This document shows, in pieces, positions 25,130 through 38,600 of a stretch of DNA of 64,000 nucleotides (positions are counted from its first letter, which is position 1; each line of letters starts with the position of its first letter). The translations under genes were made by a program, and so were the position numbers. The stretch comes from Magallana gigas (lineage: Eukaryota): NCBI RefSeq assembly GCF_963853765.1, contig NC_088854.1, positions 5,828,001-5,892,000 of the forward strand, written 5' to 3'. Under the pieces are notes generated by a model that was not told the origin of the DNA, ran no database searches, and worked only from the letters and a program-made list of their open reading frames with translations.

Positions 25130-27875
25130 CAGTCTACCCAGCTGATCTGTTTACAACCGTTGTAGAATGTGACGCAATGAGAAAAAAGTATGACGACACC
25201 CACCCACTAGATTATAGACCACCAAATAAACAAGACCTAGAATATATAGATACAGCAGTGGCAGAAATAAAAAAACCTGCGAGAGAAAAATAAGAACAAC
25301 ATTTTCCTACTGGGAGGTGACTTCAATCTTCCGGACATTGATTGGACCTCATATGATACCCACAGCAATCAAATACCAGCACAGGTCAATCAAGCGTTCA
25401 TTAGGATGACCGCAGACCTGAGCGTCCAACAATTAGTGAACAAACCAACAAGAGGGGAGAACACCTTGGACCTTATGTTTACATCCCATCCAGATCACCT
25501 TGAGAGATGTAAGACACTTCCTCCAACCGGAAACAGTGACCACGACATCGTACTATTAGACCTAGCAGCTAAAGCAACAAGACCTAAACCTACTAGTAGA
25601 ACCATCAATCTCTGGAAAAAAGCCAATATGGAAGGAATTAACAAAAGCCTTACTGATAACTTCACGGAATTTCAAACCACCAACTTCAGTAATATCAACG
25701 CAATGTGGAACAAATTCAAGAGCATCATCATGAAAGAAATGACCACATACGTACCAACTAAACAGACCAAGGAGAGATACAGCCACCCTTGGATGAACAC
25801 ACAGTTACGTAAAACTAGCAACAGCAAACAGCGTGCATACTCCAAAGCTATAAGAACTAAAAACACCAAAGATTGGAAGCGCTACAAATTTCTCAAGGCA
25901 AAGCTACAGAAAGAATCTAGGATTGCTCATGGGAAATACATGGAAGACATCATAAGCACAGACCACAAGGTGCAACCGAAACGATTTTGGTCCTACATTA
26001 AGAGCAGGAAACAAGAATCCACCGGCATTGTTACACTCAAAGACAAAGATGGACTTCTTCACAGCGATACACCAACTAAAGCTTCAATCTTAAACCAGCA
26101 GTTTCAATCTGTCTACACCAAAGAAGACATACATAACATGCCACATATGGGACCAAGTCCATTCCGAACTATGGACAACATCAGAGTCAGCCAGGTGGGA
26201 GTTTACAACCTACTCCGTGGACTAAGACCATTAAAAGCCATTGGGCCTGATGAAATTCCAGCCTATATACTCAAAGAAGCAGCTGAACACATATCACCGT
26301 ATCTGACCATAATTTACCAGAAATCTTTGGACACTGGAATCGTTCCTGACGACTGGCGAGCTGCCAACATTGTCCCAGTCTTCAAAAAAGGAGAAAAACA
26401 CAAAGCTTCTAATTATCGGCCAGTCTCCTTGACTTCAATCTGCTGCAAACTATTGGAACATATTGTTCACAGCACCATCATGGATCACTTTGACCGCCAC
26501 CAGATTCTTTGTGACCATCAACATGGTTTCAGATCCAAAAGATCTTGTGAAACACAACTACTGATAACACTAGACGAAATTGGCAAGAATTTAGACCAAG
26601 GAGAACAGACAGACATCATCTTGCTCGATTTCTCCAAAGCCTTTGACAAAGTGCCCCACAAGAGACTCCTCTAAAAAATGGACTATTACGGAATACGTGG
26701 AGAAATACTCAAATGGATACAATACTTCCTTAGCAAGAGAACACAATCCGTATTGCTTGAAGGGCATAAGTCCGGCCCCCTAGACGTCATCTCAGGGGTG
26801 CCTCAGGGAACAGTCATCGGACCCCTATTATTTCTGGCTTACATTAATGACCTGCCACAATCAACATCTTCTGAGGCAAGGTTATTTGCAGACGATTGCC
26901 TAGTTAATAGGAAAATAAAGAATGTGAAGGATACCGAGACACTTCAAGACGACCTTAACAAACTCCAAGAGTGGGAATCACGATGGCAGATGAATTTCCA
27001 TCCTGAGAAGTGCATCGTGATACGGATCACCAACAAAAGAAACCCACTGATAAGGAACTATCAACTACATGGCCACACACTAGATGCAGTCGAGCATGGG
27101 AAATACCTGGGAGTCACCATAAACCTTGATCTACAGTGGAAGACACATATCAACCAGACAGTAGGCAAAGCATCAAGGACACTAGGCTTTCTGAGAAGGA
27201 ACCTAGGACGGTGTAAACCAGAAGTCAAAGCCAACGCCTACATCACCATGGTCAGACCAGCCTGGAATACGCCTCCACTGTATGGGACCCTTATCAAGAT
27301 AACCTTGAAAAAGACCTAGAACAAGTACAGAGAAGGGCAGCTAGGTTCGTGTACAACGAATACCAAGACGTATCCCCAGGCTGTGTCAGCTCCTTAATGA
27401 GTAGACTAAAATGGGAGCCTCTTAAAGATCGCCGCTGCAAAGACCGACTCACCATGGCATACAAGATCCGCAATAGACTGGTGGATATCGACCCCTCTAA
27501 TTATTACAAACCCGGAGATTCCAGGACCAGAGGAGGCCACCGCATATACCAACAGCGCACTCGAAAAGATCAATACAGGTTCTCCTTCTTCCCAAGATCA
27601 ACCAGGGAATGGAACACTCTACCGGAAAAAGCCACAACAGCAGCTACACTAGAAGAGTTCAAGGCCAGCCTTACCATCCTGCCAGAGGCCTTGACAGGAG
27701 CTTCACACACCTAGAACTCCTTCGACCCCAGATGTTCATAGTTTTATTTGTAAATAACTTTCTTGTAAATAGTTTTTTATTAAGTGAGGAGGGAAGGCCT
27801 ATTGATTGTACGAGCAAGAGTCACCTATACACTCAAGAAGAGTCCGACTCTGTACTGGAAGAAGAAGAAGAAGAA
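25130..27875 (+). mobile_element. 5'-truncated non-LTR retrotransposon (APE-RT LINE, CR1/L2/RTE-X type; RTE-X is my best guess) with (GAA)n tail
   Basis: APE motifs YRPP, GDFNLPDIDW, PTRGENTLDL, SDHD; RT motifs DFSKAFDKV, SGVPQGTVIGP, LFADD; C-terminal FSFFPR..REWN.LP; stop at 26672-26674, frameshift near 27258; (GAA)6 at 27858-27875. Confidence 0.9.
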
Positions 27876-28489
27876 GGACACAATGTATACGGGGAATGAA
27901 ATTTCCCAGATTTATTTATAGTGCAGTTAGGTTTGTTCATTGCTATAAAATATCTGATTTTTCAAAAGAAAATAAATTTTATTGTCAGTAAACACAATCT
28001 TCCACTGGGTCGCATGCTGACTTCACGTGTTTCATACTAATTGTCAGACCATATTAATTAATCACCTAATTGTGTACGGAGTTTTTCGGGGTTTTTTTCT
28101 TCGATTACGACAAGGAGCACACGGCGGATGTAACCGGTGTCGTATATTTAAAGGTCCGCCCCGTAAAAGGGCACGGCCGGACCTTTAATGTTTATATTTA
28201 AGGTCCACTTTTGCTCTAAAACAAATGTGAATACCAAATAGCACATCTACAATCTCTTGTCTACAATCACTGAAAGTTTGAACTCAATTTCTCTTACCGT
28301 TTAGGTAGAGATCCCCGGACAAGCCGATCCTTTGAAAATAGCTAAAACGTCATTATCCCAAGAACGGAAATGACGTCATCAAAATAAAAACTTGAATATT
28401 AAGTTCGGATAAATATTTATTAGATCAATAAGTTTCATGACAATCGGGCGAGCTATTTCCGAGAAATCGCCTGCACAAATTTTGTAAGA

Positions 28490-29000
28490 AAAAAAATAAC
28501 AATAGGGAAAAAGAAACCAAACGAAAACAATAAGGTCTTCCGTTAAAAAAAACAGAAGACCTTAAGGTCTTCTGCTGGAGACGGAAGACCTTAATAATGA
28601 TAGGGGAAAACGTACGAAAACAACAAGTTTTTCCGTTGGAAACGTTAAAAAACCCAGAAGACCTTAAGGTCTTCTGCTGAAGACGGAAGACCTTAATAAT
28701 GATAGGGGAAAACGTACGAAAACAACAAGGTTTTCCGTTGGAAACGGAGCACCTTAATAATAATATAGAAGAATGAGAAACATTAGAAAAACAGTAAGGT
28801 CTCCCGCTGAAGACGGAAGACCTAAATAATAAAGAAAAAGAAACTGTAGAATAACAAGATGGTTTTCCGTTTGAAACGGAAGACCCTAATAATAAAGAAA
28901 AAAGAAACCTTAGAATAACAATAAGTTCTTCCGTTGGAAAAGGAAGACACTCAAAAGAAACCAAACGAAAACAATAAGGTCTTCCGTTGAAAACGGATAG
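28490..29000 (+). repeat. Array of ~8 degenerate Helentron-type terminal hairpins (AAGGTCTTCCGTT..AACGGAAGACCTT)
   Basis: Repeated GGTCTTC...GAAGACC stems separated by A-rich spacers, including a ~102-bp direct duplication (28560-28760). Confidence 0.7.
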
Positions 29001-29056
29001 ATAGATAGATACTGTTTATATAGATAGAAAGATAAAAACTTGTCAATTGTTTTTGC

Positions 29057-29057
<1 letters not shown>

Positions 29058-29121
<64 letters not shown>
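29058..29121. repeat. (GA)n microsatellite; others at 9656-9718, 12510-12577 (CT), 30437-30469 and 46816-46888
   Basis: Direct reading. Confidence 0.95.
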
Positions 29122-29124
<3 letters not shown>

Positions 29125-30433
29125 CGCAAAGTACATGTATTAAGGCATATTGGTTACATTTGATTCAGTAAATTGTTGTTAAAAGTTAATCCTGTTTAAT
29201 GACAAAATCACAGCAAAACTTGCTAAAATGTTTTATTTGATGATATATTTGATGAAGCATATAGGATATGATCAATTGAAATTATTAACTCAACAGAACT
29301 ATTTTTTTATCGATATCTACGGTGAGTTCACCTTGCTTCGAACACCTTTGGAATTTTCCTTTTGATCATGCGTCAATTATGGCCCGAGTATAAATATTTT
29401 TCATTAAATTTTCTGGTTTTCTCTTGCTTAATCATTGAAAGAAAATATGTGAATTTGTTTAAACATAGAAAATATAGCGAATTAATGCAGAAATGAGCTA
29501 TTTAACCATAGATCGGACAATATTAAGCAAGCATTGGACAACCATACAGTAGATATGAAAAATAACGACATTTTCTTATTTCTTAATTCATGAAAAAAAA
29601 GAGTTTCGGATAAATATATTTTATTATTACTTTCATATTTAGATTTGTGTCAATGTAAAACGTGGAGCAAAAATGACCGAGGAAATCAAGACTAATTTTT
29701 TTTTACACAATATTTTTCAGAAGTTAGTTTTTTTTCTCGAATTATTTAAGTGAAAGGGTACATTTTCATTTGGTTCTTTCCAATGCCGAACATTCAAAAT
29801 ACCTTTGTGTAAAATGTGTGTTACCAAGATTGTACCGGTGACAACGGATGTTACAGATAAAATACACTGTATTGATATTTAATAGAAACAATTGCAATAA
29901 AGTGTGGATATAGCATCCCAACCATTTCTTTGTAAAGCACAGAATTATGAATTTAAACAAAACGTCAAAAATACATAAACAACGTCGCAGCCGTGCGGCT
30001 ACTGTCCTTACCTAACGCTCTATATATGTTGTCTTCGGAAACAAATATCGTTTTGCACTAAAATTTTCAGATCTGCGAATGCTATTCATGTGAAAGTCTC
30101 ATCTAACGTCAAGCTCGAATGATGTAGAGATTATTTGACTGATAATTTTTTTTTTCATTTATCACTAGCTCCGATTAAAGACTGTCATAATTTTTCTCCA
30201 CTTTTCCCTTTAAACTTAATCATTCTTTAATTTCTTATGTAAAGAAATGCATCTAATTTTGTGAGGTTTTGAAATGTGAAGTAGTAAAACAAATTAAAAT
30301 GGTGCCTTGAAGGCGCTCAGACAGCAATCTGAAGATAATTGCTAGGCAGTGTACAAATATATTTCTGCATCAAAACGCTTTGCATCATAGCAATTTATCA
30401 CAAATTATAAACCTTTTATCTTTTTTTGACACC

Positions 30434-30471
<38 letters not shown>

Positions 30472-33400
30472 ATATCATTGGTTGTGCAGAACACTACAGC
30501 CGAGCCCTTTTTCTCTCTCAGATTAGGGGTGTGCATTCTGATGAGGTAGGTGTGAATGCCTGCAGGGCTTCATTTACCCGTGTGTATGTGTCGTGAAATC
30601 CTCCGCTAATCCGTATACACCGAAAGAGATTTAAAAACAAAGCGACTAAATAGGGTGTTTAAATTATTGTAAAAATACTCATGTTTTTATTTTCTTTTTT
30701 TACTCAGATTCGTGAACAATTTGTCAAAATCTAATCCGCTATCAATATTTAATATTCCACAAAATAATTTAGTGATACGGCTATACTGTGATGTACCATA
30801 CGCCAATGGCTGACTGGTTTATATAAACAAAGACATATTTTAGATACATGTAAACGCACATGAGCAAAAAGAATAATAACTCTGAGATGAATTGCAATAA
30901 GTGATTACGGGTAGGACCTTTTCTTATAGGGGAAAGCTGGACCTTAAATGTTAACATTAAACGTCCGGACCATTTTACAGACCAGACCTAAATTATGCGA
31001 CACCAGTCATATCACCGGCGCATTTTGACGTACACCCATATGGGACAAATGAAGTTCGCCCACTGTGTATCCATCATATTTCATCTCTTCGGGAAACTCG
31101 GGGCTTTTTAGACGGAGGCTCTATGAGCCTTCTCTATTGCTATTTGACGGATTTGACGGACACCACCTAGCGGCAAAAATTGCAATATTCTTTGGGATTC
31201 ATATTTTAATATTATTGTTGAAATAAACATCTTATTTGCAATTACAATAAATAGAACTATACATATTGCGATCAATAAACATAATTTCTCTCGAAAATTT
31301 TAGCCTGTATGTCAAATCCAAGAAAGTATGAATATGCATGAGTTTAAGAATAGCAATGGTGTGTAATCGTTTAGTGGCTATTTATACTTTTTATACAGCT
31401 TAGCCTTCCTGTCCGTGACGTCAAATAATGAGGGTTCCTCAAGACCCATCTTGTGTTGACCGAAATATTGAATAATTATGAGATTCAATGGATAAACACG
31501 ACGTGGATCTTAGTCTGTATCGTATATTACTTGCGCATTATCAATTAATCTCCTTCGGAGATACCGGTATATCTTTCTATGTATAGCTACACTCCTGCCC
31601 CCGGCATCGATCCAATAAAGTGATTATTCAACAAGTTGAACCACTGCTTTGTAAACTTGAGTATTCCCCCAATTAAGTACAGACAACCGTGATCGTAGCA
31701 CATTTTAGTTTAGTTTTACTTGTCATGCATACTAAACCTACTATAAGGATAGTGAAACAAATAAATTAAACATCCAGATTACACCCTTTTACGCACCCCC
31801 CCCCCCCACACACACACACACATTCAGTGTCTGCATAGGTAGAGTACCCAGGCCACGTGCTGTGAAGCTTGATTAATCCTGCATTGTCTGGCCAGCGCTG
31901 TCGAGTTCAAAGTAGGTTGGGTAGTCAGTGTGTTTTTGCAAGCTGATAAGAGAATTTCGCGTGAAAAAAGTGTAAAAACAATTGAAAGAATGTGGATATT
32001 TTCTTTTGAAAGTGAAGTAAGGGGTATTACAAGATATTGCGGTAGGCTATATTATTTTAAATTTAGCTTTAAAGAGATATTACAGCGAATTCTCTTCATC
32101 TTGGATATTTCCCTTTTTAAACATAGAATAGAATTGAACCTTTTTACAGCAAAAAAGCTCGCAATTGCGTGTTAAATATTTTTCCGAAATTCTAAATTTA
32201 TATCTCTAAAATTTTGTTTACATCACAAGTAAAATCAGCATAAATTCGTAATATTTTCATCCCTTGCAGAAAGTCACGATGAAATGTTTACTGCTGATGC
32301 GCTAAGCTGTTGATCAAAAGGCTGAGCTAGCAATATTTACTTTTTGGACCGCCTGAGATGATTAAATCAACGGTAATTTTGAGCAAAATGAGCTGTAGAG
32401 TCTCTTATATATAAATATTTCATCTCCATAACTTTTTGAAACGCTTAGAAATATATTTGATCACTCTCTACAATCGAATCGTATATTCTGCAAAAGAAAA
32501 AGAACAACAACTATGCGAGATTGAGATCATGCATGTATTACCTACATGTAACATTAGGGATTTTTAAGCATGAACGATTTTTTTCATATGAAAAAAGTTC
32601 ACTGTTCAAAAGTTTTTATTGATTATATATCATAAATTTTAGTATATATTGTGAAGGTATAGTACTAACTAACAAAATATTCTTTTGTTTGTAATTTGTT
32701 TTTGGATATTTCATAAAAGAGCAGGAATATGTTAGCAAAGTAGTTTCTGTCCTGTGGTATTTAGTATTGCAAACTCTTAATTGATTCTCTAAACCTTCTA
32801 TACCTTAAAATTTGAAGAAGAAAAAACCATTATTAATTTTGGGAGTTGATTTCTATCAACTCTCCTATGCAGTGACTCTGGCAAACCGGAAGTGAAACTG
32901 TGTTTGGACCTAACCACAGATCATCGCCGCTGACAAGACCTTGTTCTCGAAAATAATCGATAAATTCGATGTAATGCATTCTGAAGCATTAAATATTATT
33001 GTAGTTAATTATTGCTTGGATCCATATAATTTTCCAGCAATATTTACATTACTGATACATAGTTTGATGGAATTTATTCTATCTTAAAATATTACGCAAC
33101 ATGATTCATATGATGTTTTCCCGGAATTCTTAAAATTGTCGGAAAAGCCCAAAAATTCATATTGTGAAAATATGCGTTATTCAATTACGGATAAGAAACT
33201 ACTTGGCATGCGAAATTACATATCGTTGATTTTAAGGTAAATATCAATCGATGAAATCAACTCCCGTTGGTACTTCAATACTTGGAATTATTAGATTAAT
33301 CTCCTCCGCAATGATACCTCCGTCTCTCAGTAATTTCAGTACTTTGATTATTCCAATGGTATGAAAAAGCAAAGATGAGCATACGATTTAAATGAATGTG

Positions 33401-35164
33401 ATTAAACCTAGAATATTTAATGATTTTAATTTCTATATCAGAAAATAAATACAACTATCTAAGATTCGAATTTAAGAAAAAAGAAAGAAAATAACAGAAA
33501 ATCTAGCATTCAGGACGCTTTTTCTTTTTTTAAAGTTTAAACTATTAGAACATGAATTATTTGTATCATTGTTCAGTAAAACAAAAATATTGCATTCCTG
33601 AAATATATGATTTTTCTTCATATCTCCCTCACCATGATGCCATAAATGTATAATGTGTCCGTGAGTAGTTCGCCAGATGCATCAGATGAAAATGCGTATA
33701 CACTGTAATCGAAGCCGATCACGAAAAAAAATTGAAAACCAAAAAGTCATCTGAAAATTATCCTATGGTGAATTTAATGGTCAATCACCCATTTTGGTTA
33801 AGTTAAAATTGCAAACTTTAAACCAAGGTCGTAGGACACACAATTATACTGGCTAATATGACGGAATATTTCAGATGATACGAGAATGCAAAGAGAGCTA
33901 ACTTATATAATCCGTTCTTTGAATCGCATTGGGAGATATTCCATAACATTTTGTTTTAATTTGAAGTGTTTTTGAAAATAAGTATAAAGAGAATATTCTG
34001 AATCTTATTTAAACATATTTTTGCTTTCAGTGAATTAAATAACTACTGACCGAGCACTGGGTAAACTAGTTCACCGACAAACCACAATCATGTTGGCCTT
34101 TTATTCTTGACAAATACTAGCAACATAGAACTTAAAGAACATTTGCAAAGTAAAGTCAGATAGGTCTAAGATGAAGCCCTTACTTGCTAACAAGTCTCTT
34201 TAAAATTCTTGTTCCGGCTTTAAAGCTTTAATTTCCCACTTAATTGAATATGTAAAAATAAAATGACCGAGATCATTTCAACTAAAAGAGTCTGTACACG
34301 TTATACAGCATTATTGTAAATAACAGCATTTATGCAATTAGTGATATGTTTTTTCCAAACGATATTTTAGGTATTTTGAATTTTTAGGAACTATCTATCA
34401 TACGTTTGGGTTCCTAGCCTTATATGTATCAACCAATCAGAACGTGCTAAAATGTCACGTCACTTCAAAAATTTTTTGTAAACAGAGGGTCGTTTATCTA
34501 CAATCTACGGCAGCCTCTTTTTCCCTCATTAAAACCCATATAAGGTAAATTGAAAAAACTGTGATGAAGACTGGGGAATGTTTCCATTCGAGTATCAAAG
34601 ACACGTCCAACAAAATTCTAAGACTGATAATTATACAATTTTGAATTGCTGTTCTAAAGGGTCCTCTGAATTTTAGATTGATAACCTATTAAATCTGCAT
34701 TAACTGGCCATTTAAGATGTGATCGTTTCCTATTTGCTGAAACAAGAATTTTAGAAATGACAGATTTATGTTAAAATCATCTATTATATATCATTATCTC
34801 AATTCCTTGAATTCGAAAGGAATGTAGTCGCCAAGCATAGAAGAAAGACATTTTTGAGATGGATTTAATTTTATTTCCATTTTGATATAAATCCTGTGGT
34901 TATGCAAAACCATAACGAACTATTAACGGATATGTTAATATATCGAACTTGTAACTGAAAAGAGACCGATAGTTCAAACGGAAATACAGGCAATTATACG
35001 GTTATTCAATTGACAACCCTAAATTTTATATAATATATTTTAGAATTAAGGTTCTATGTTAATTGGAATCATGTAACAGATCTAAGAAGGAGCAAGCCGT
35101 TATTTCCCATTAAGCAGACAGTTGCCATTTCCTCCATTGGTCATCGTCTGTCGTCGGCTGCCAA

Positions 35165-35629
35165 TTAAGGGAGCTTCAGATCGCCTATGTTATCAATCAC
35201 ATTGGGAACGATAACAAAATCGTACACGATAATGAAGAGGACCACGACAACTGCCACCGCCAGGCCAATGATGGAAACCCACTTAGCTAGCCGGCCTCGC
35301 CGGGCGGATTCCTTTTGGTTACCTTTAAAGAAACTTTTTGACGACAGCAAAGAGAGAATTATAGCAGCACATCCAAAAGGAAAATTGAACAAGAGAGTGA
35401 TCAGAGCAAGGGTCAGATAGTTCTGGGGTTTCCTTGAGATTGGTGACGTCTGTCTGCCCGTTGCCTCGCTTTCGGGGTTAGTTTCAGTGACGCTACATTT
35501 CGATTGGATGATGGACGAGTTGGAGACGGACAGGAAGTGAACTGTAGTCCTCTCTTCGTTGTCAGTAATTTTTCTTGGTGGCACTTCTTTTTGTTCATTC
35601 AGAGTTAGCGCATCTGTCTCCATTTTCAT
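35165..35629 (-). CDS. CD225/dispanin (IFITM/PRRT/TMEM233-like) membrane protein, 154 aa, single coding exon
   Basis: PQNYLTLALITLLFNFPFGCAAIILS...GNQKESARRGRLAKWVSIIG plus C-terminal TM; acceptor TTTTCAG at 35640-35646 with an in-frame TGA just upstream of the ATG; AATAAA candidate at 34870-34875. Confidence 0.85.
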   Translation of the reverse strand: MKMETDALTLNEQKEVPPRKITDNEERTTVHFLSVSNSSIIQSKCSVTETNPESEATGRQTSPISRKPQNYLTLALITLLFNFPFGCAAIILSLLSSKSFFKGNQKESARRGRLAKWVSIIGLAVAVVVVLFIIVYDFVIVPNVIDNIGDLKLP

Positions 35630-38600
35630 TATTCAATGTCTGAAAATAATATTTTATAATGTTAATTATAAAGCACTTTGATCAATATCACAACACGACC
35701 CTGTAAAAGTATAGTTCCAGTCTGCGATATTTTTTAATATTCATCATTTCCTGGTGCTCTACCAGCTTACGTCTAAAAAATAATGCTAAAAGGAATAATA
35801 TAAAATCCATATATGTTAAGAACATTAAAAATGGCATTGTTCTCTCTCGATTAAAGTACTAATACCACCTTGTCTTGGTCGTTAATTTCTTACAAACGAT
35901 TACCTGTCACAAACAATTACATGCGATGCAGTTTCATTTCTCAGAAAGTTGCTACACCAATTTTTACCAGAGAGTAATGGTCTTGACTTTCAATGTAAAT
36001 ATTCTCCCATATATTGGAGTAAACATGTTCTCTTTCTAAAATGTGACTCAAAGAAACAATCAGATATAATGTCAACACAGTTGTCATTACTTGTGGGTAA
36101 GGTCAGAGTCTTGTGACAATCTTGTGTTCATTGGGACGTATTTTGCCGATGCGAAACTTGGTATATGACCTGACACTTTGCGGCGATTTCCTAGAGGCTG
36201 AGGACTAATTGGAAGAACTGATTAAATCGAGACTCAAAATGTAATAAATCGTCCTGAATATAGCAAGAATTGCTGATAAAATGTCAGGCAATCGATTAAG
36301 GATGGGTTTTATGGCTTCTGCAAGACATAGCAATGTAAGCTGCCAGCCACCAACAATAAATAGCTAGTCAAACCAAGCCATTGTTATAATATCATTTAAA
36401 CAATAAAATGCTTTCTTTGGTGAATCATTCGGGATATGAAGGTAGCGACATTGCAGAAAAAATACATAACCCGCGTTAGTGGGTTATGTAATTTTTTACT
36501 GCAATGATCGCTACCTGCATTGCCCGAATGAATCATCAAAGAAAGCATTTTATTGTCTATATTAACATCTTTCTTTTAGCCAATTGATAAATTGATTATG
36601 AAAAGTAAGTAAAATTCACTAAATCCCTGTTAATGTACGTAAGTACGTTAGCTAAAAGAAACAGCCAAATCGTCTCCTGTGAGACTTTGAGTCTGACGTC
36701 TTCATGATTATTTCGTGCAGTCCGTGATTTTTCCTAGGTAGTTGTAGGTCTCGACCAATCGATAAACTGGACGTGTCAATTTTGGTCCTGTCACTTATTT
36801 GTCAGTTTCAGCCGCTGTAGATTTCGACCAATCAATAAACGGGGCGTGTAGATTTCAGTCTGGCTGTTTCTATAGAGCTATGAATTAACTATAAGTTTCC
36901 GTAAGAAATAAAGGGAATAATCCTTGGTAGATGTAAATATATCCTGATATTGTTTTCTTCCAACATGAGTTGTTTCTTAAAGCGGACTGGCAATCTGTAT
37001 TGTTGAGTGTCACATGAATGCTATGACATAGAATGTCTTGTATACTTGAAATTTGTTTTCGCTTTTATTGCTTTTTCTTTTTATATTTAACCACTAACGG
37101 TGAGATTTAAGACTGCATTAACACAGGAACAAAGAAATGACAGCAAAGCAGTGTTTTTAATTCAATGGCTTCTTACCCCCAACCCTATGTTGTTACATAG
37201 ACATTAATAGCCTACTATCCCTTCAGGACAGAAGTGGGTTCTCAAAAGGTTTTTTTGAGACATCTTTTTATAAAACATAAAATAATTAGAATAAAATAAT
37301 TCGACGATATTTAAATGTTTTATGTCAGATAAAATTATAAATCTACCTTAATTAATTTTATATTTAAAGATTACTACATGACATTGTATGCTTAAGATTA
37401 TCATTAGCGAGATTTAACACAGATAAGAATAATTATTGATGTTTTTTATAAAAATATTTTACTGAATCAATAAAGTATTCGTCAAAATCCGTGTTTAGTA
37501 TCATGTCTTTATCCACAATGTCATGAAGCGCCGAACTGAACACCCTTGACGAACAAGTTGACAATATTAAATGTCTAGCAGTATTCGCAATACGTTTGAT
37601 ACGAATGATTATAAATCTAATCTCCTGCAAAGACATTTGAGGTCTGATATTGTTTCGATGTTTAGCGTGACCATATAAGAAAAATACCCAACGGGGATAA
37701 AAAAGAGGTTGATTAGGAGCTCAATGTGAGAAATTGGTATTACAGTCAGTTATATTTAATTGCTGATATGAACTTGCTTTCACAGATTCTAAGTTACGAG
37801 TTAGTCTATACTGATGATCGCGGTACTTCAATAATACATAGGAAGTGTTTAAATAAACATCATAATAATTCTCATAGAATATATATGTACTCATAGATAT
37901 AATTTTTCGTTTGCCTAAAATGTCTGAATGTTATATGTACACGAACTTCTTATGAAAATTAAAAAGTCCAATTACAGTGAGATAATTTTGGGTTTTTTAT
38001 TTTATTTTAAAAGCTATCAAATACATGATAAAAATATTCGAAAAAGTCAAATTTCTCATACCCTTTTATCAAAATCGTCAGCATAAATTTGTTAATACAA
38101 TGTTGTTAAAATTGGTGGCTAATGCATGCAAGAAGAATATTTAGCCTGTGAGAACTGTCGTATTGTGTTTTGGTGATGTCACTTCAAGTATGATTACATA
38201 TAACGTTTGTTCACCCAGATATTTTTCTTTTCGTACAGACGCATGGTTGAAAAAAAACTTCAAACTTAATAAAGTTAAAATTTTTAATTAAACTTTGAAT
38301 AAAAAATATTTGATTTTGAACTTGCGTATACCTATTTACATGATTGTATTAAGTGATGAAAAGAAATTGAAGAAAAAAAACACACGTTAAATTGACAACA
38401 TCAAAAGTATTTTATTTGGCGATTTGAAATGAATTAAGATACCTAATCAATTGTTTTTTAGTGTAATTTTTGTTTTTTTTTGTTCCTTCATCTATGTCAA
38501 ACACGAGCAACGTTATAAATGTGTCACCGTTTCCTTGGCGACGGGTCTTCAGAACAATTTTGTTAATCATGGGAATTTCATGTCCCTTAATGAGATTTGC

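Larger units (their letters stand above)
28136..31004. mobile_element. ~2.9-kb non-coding element with ~80-bp imperfect TIRs, containing nested repeats
   Basis: GGTGTCGTATATTTAAAGGTCC...TTTAAGGTCCAC at left vs GGACCTTAAAT...TAAATTATGCGACACC at right; no clear TSD. Confidence 0.55.

Noticed and set aside
32841-33265. Element with 13-bp inverted ends GGGAGTTGATTTC
   Set aside because: Probably a MITE, but the TIR is short and has no TSD, so it is not listed as a feature.
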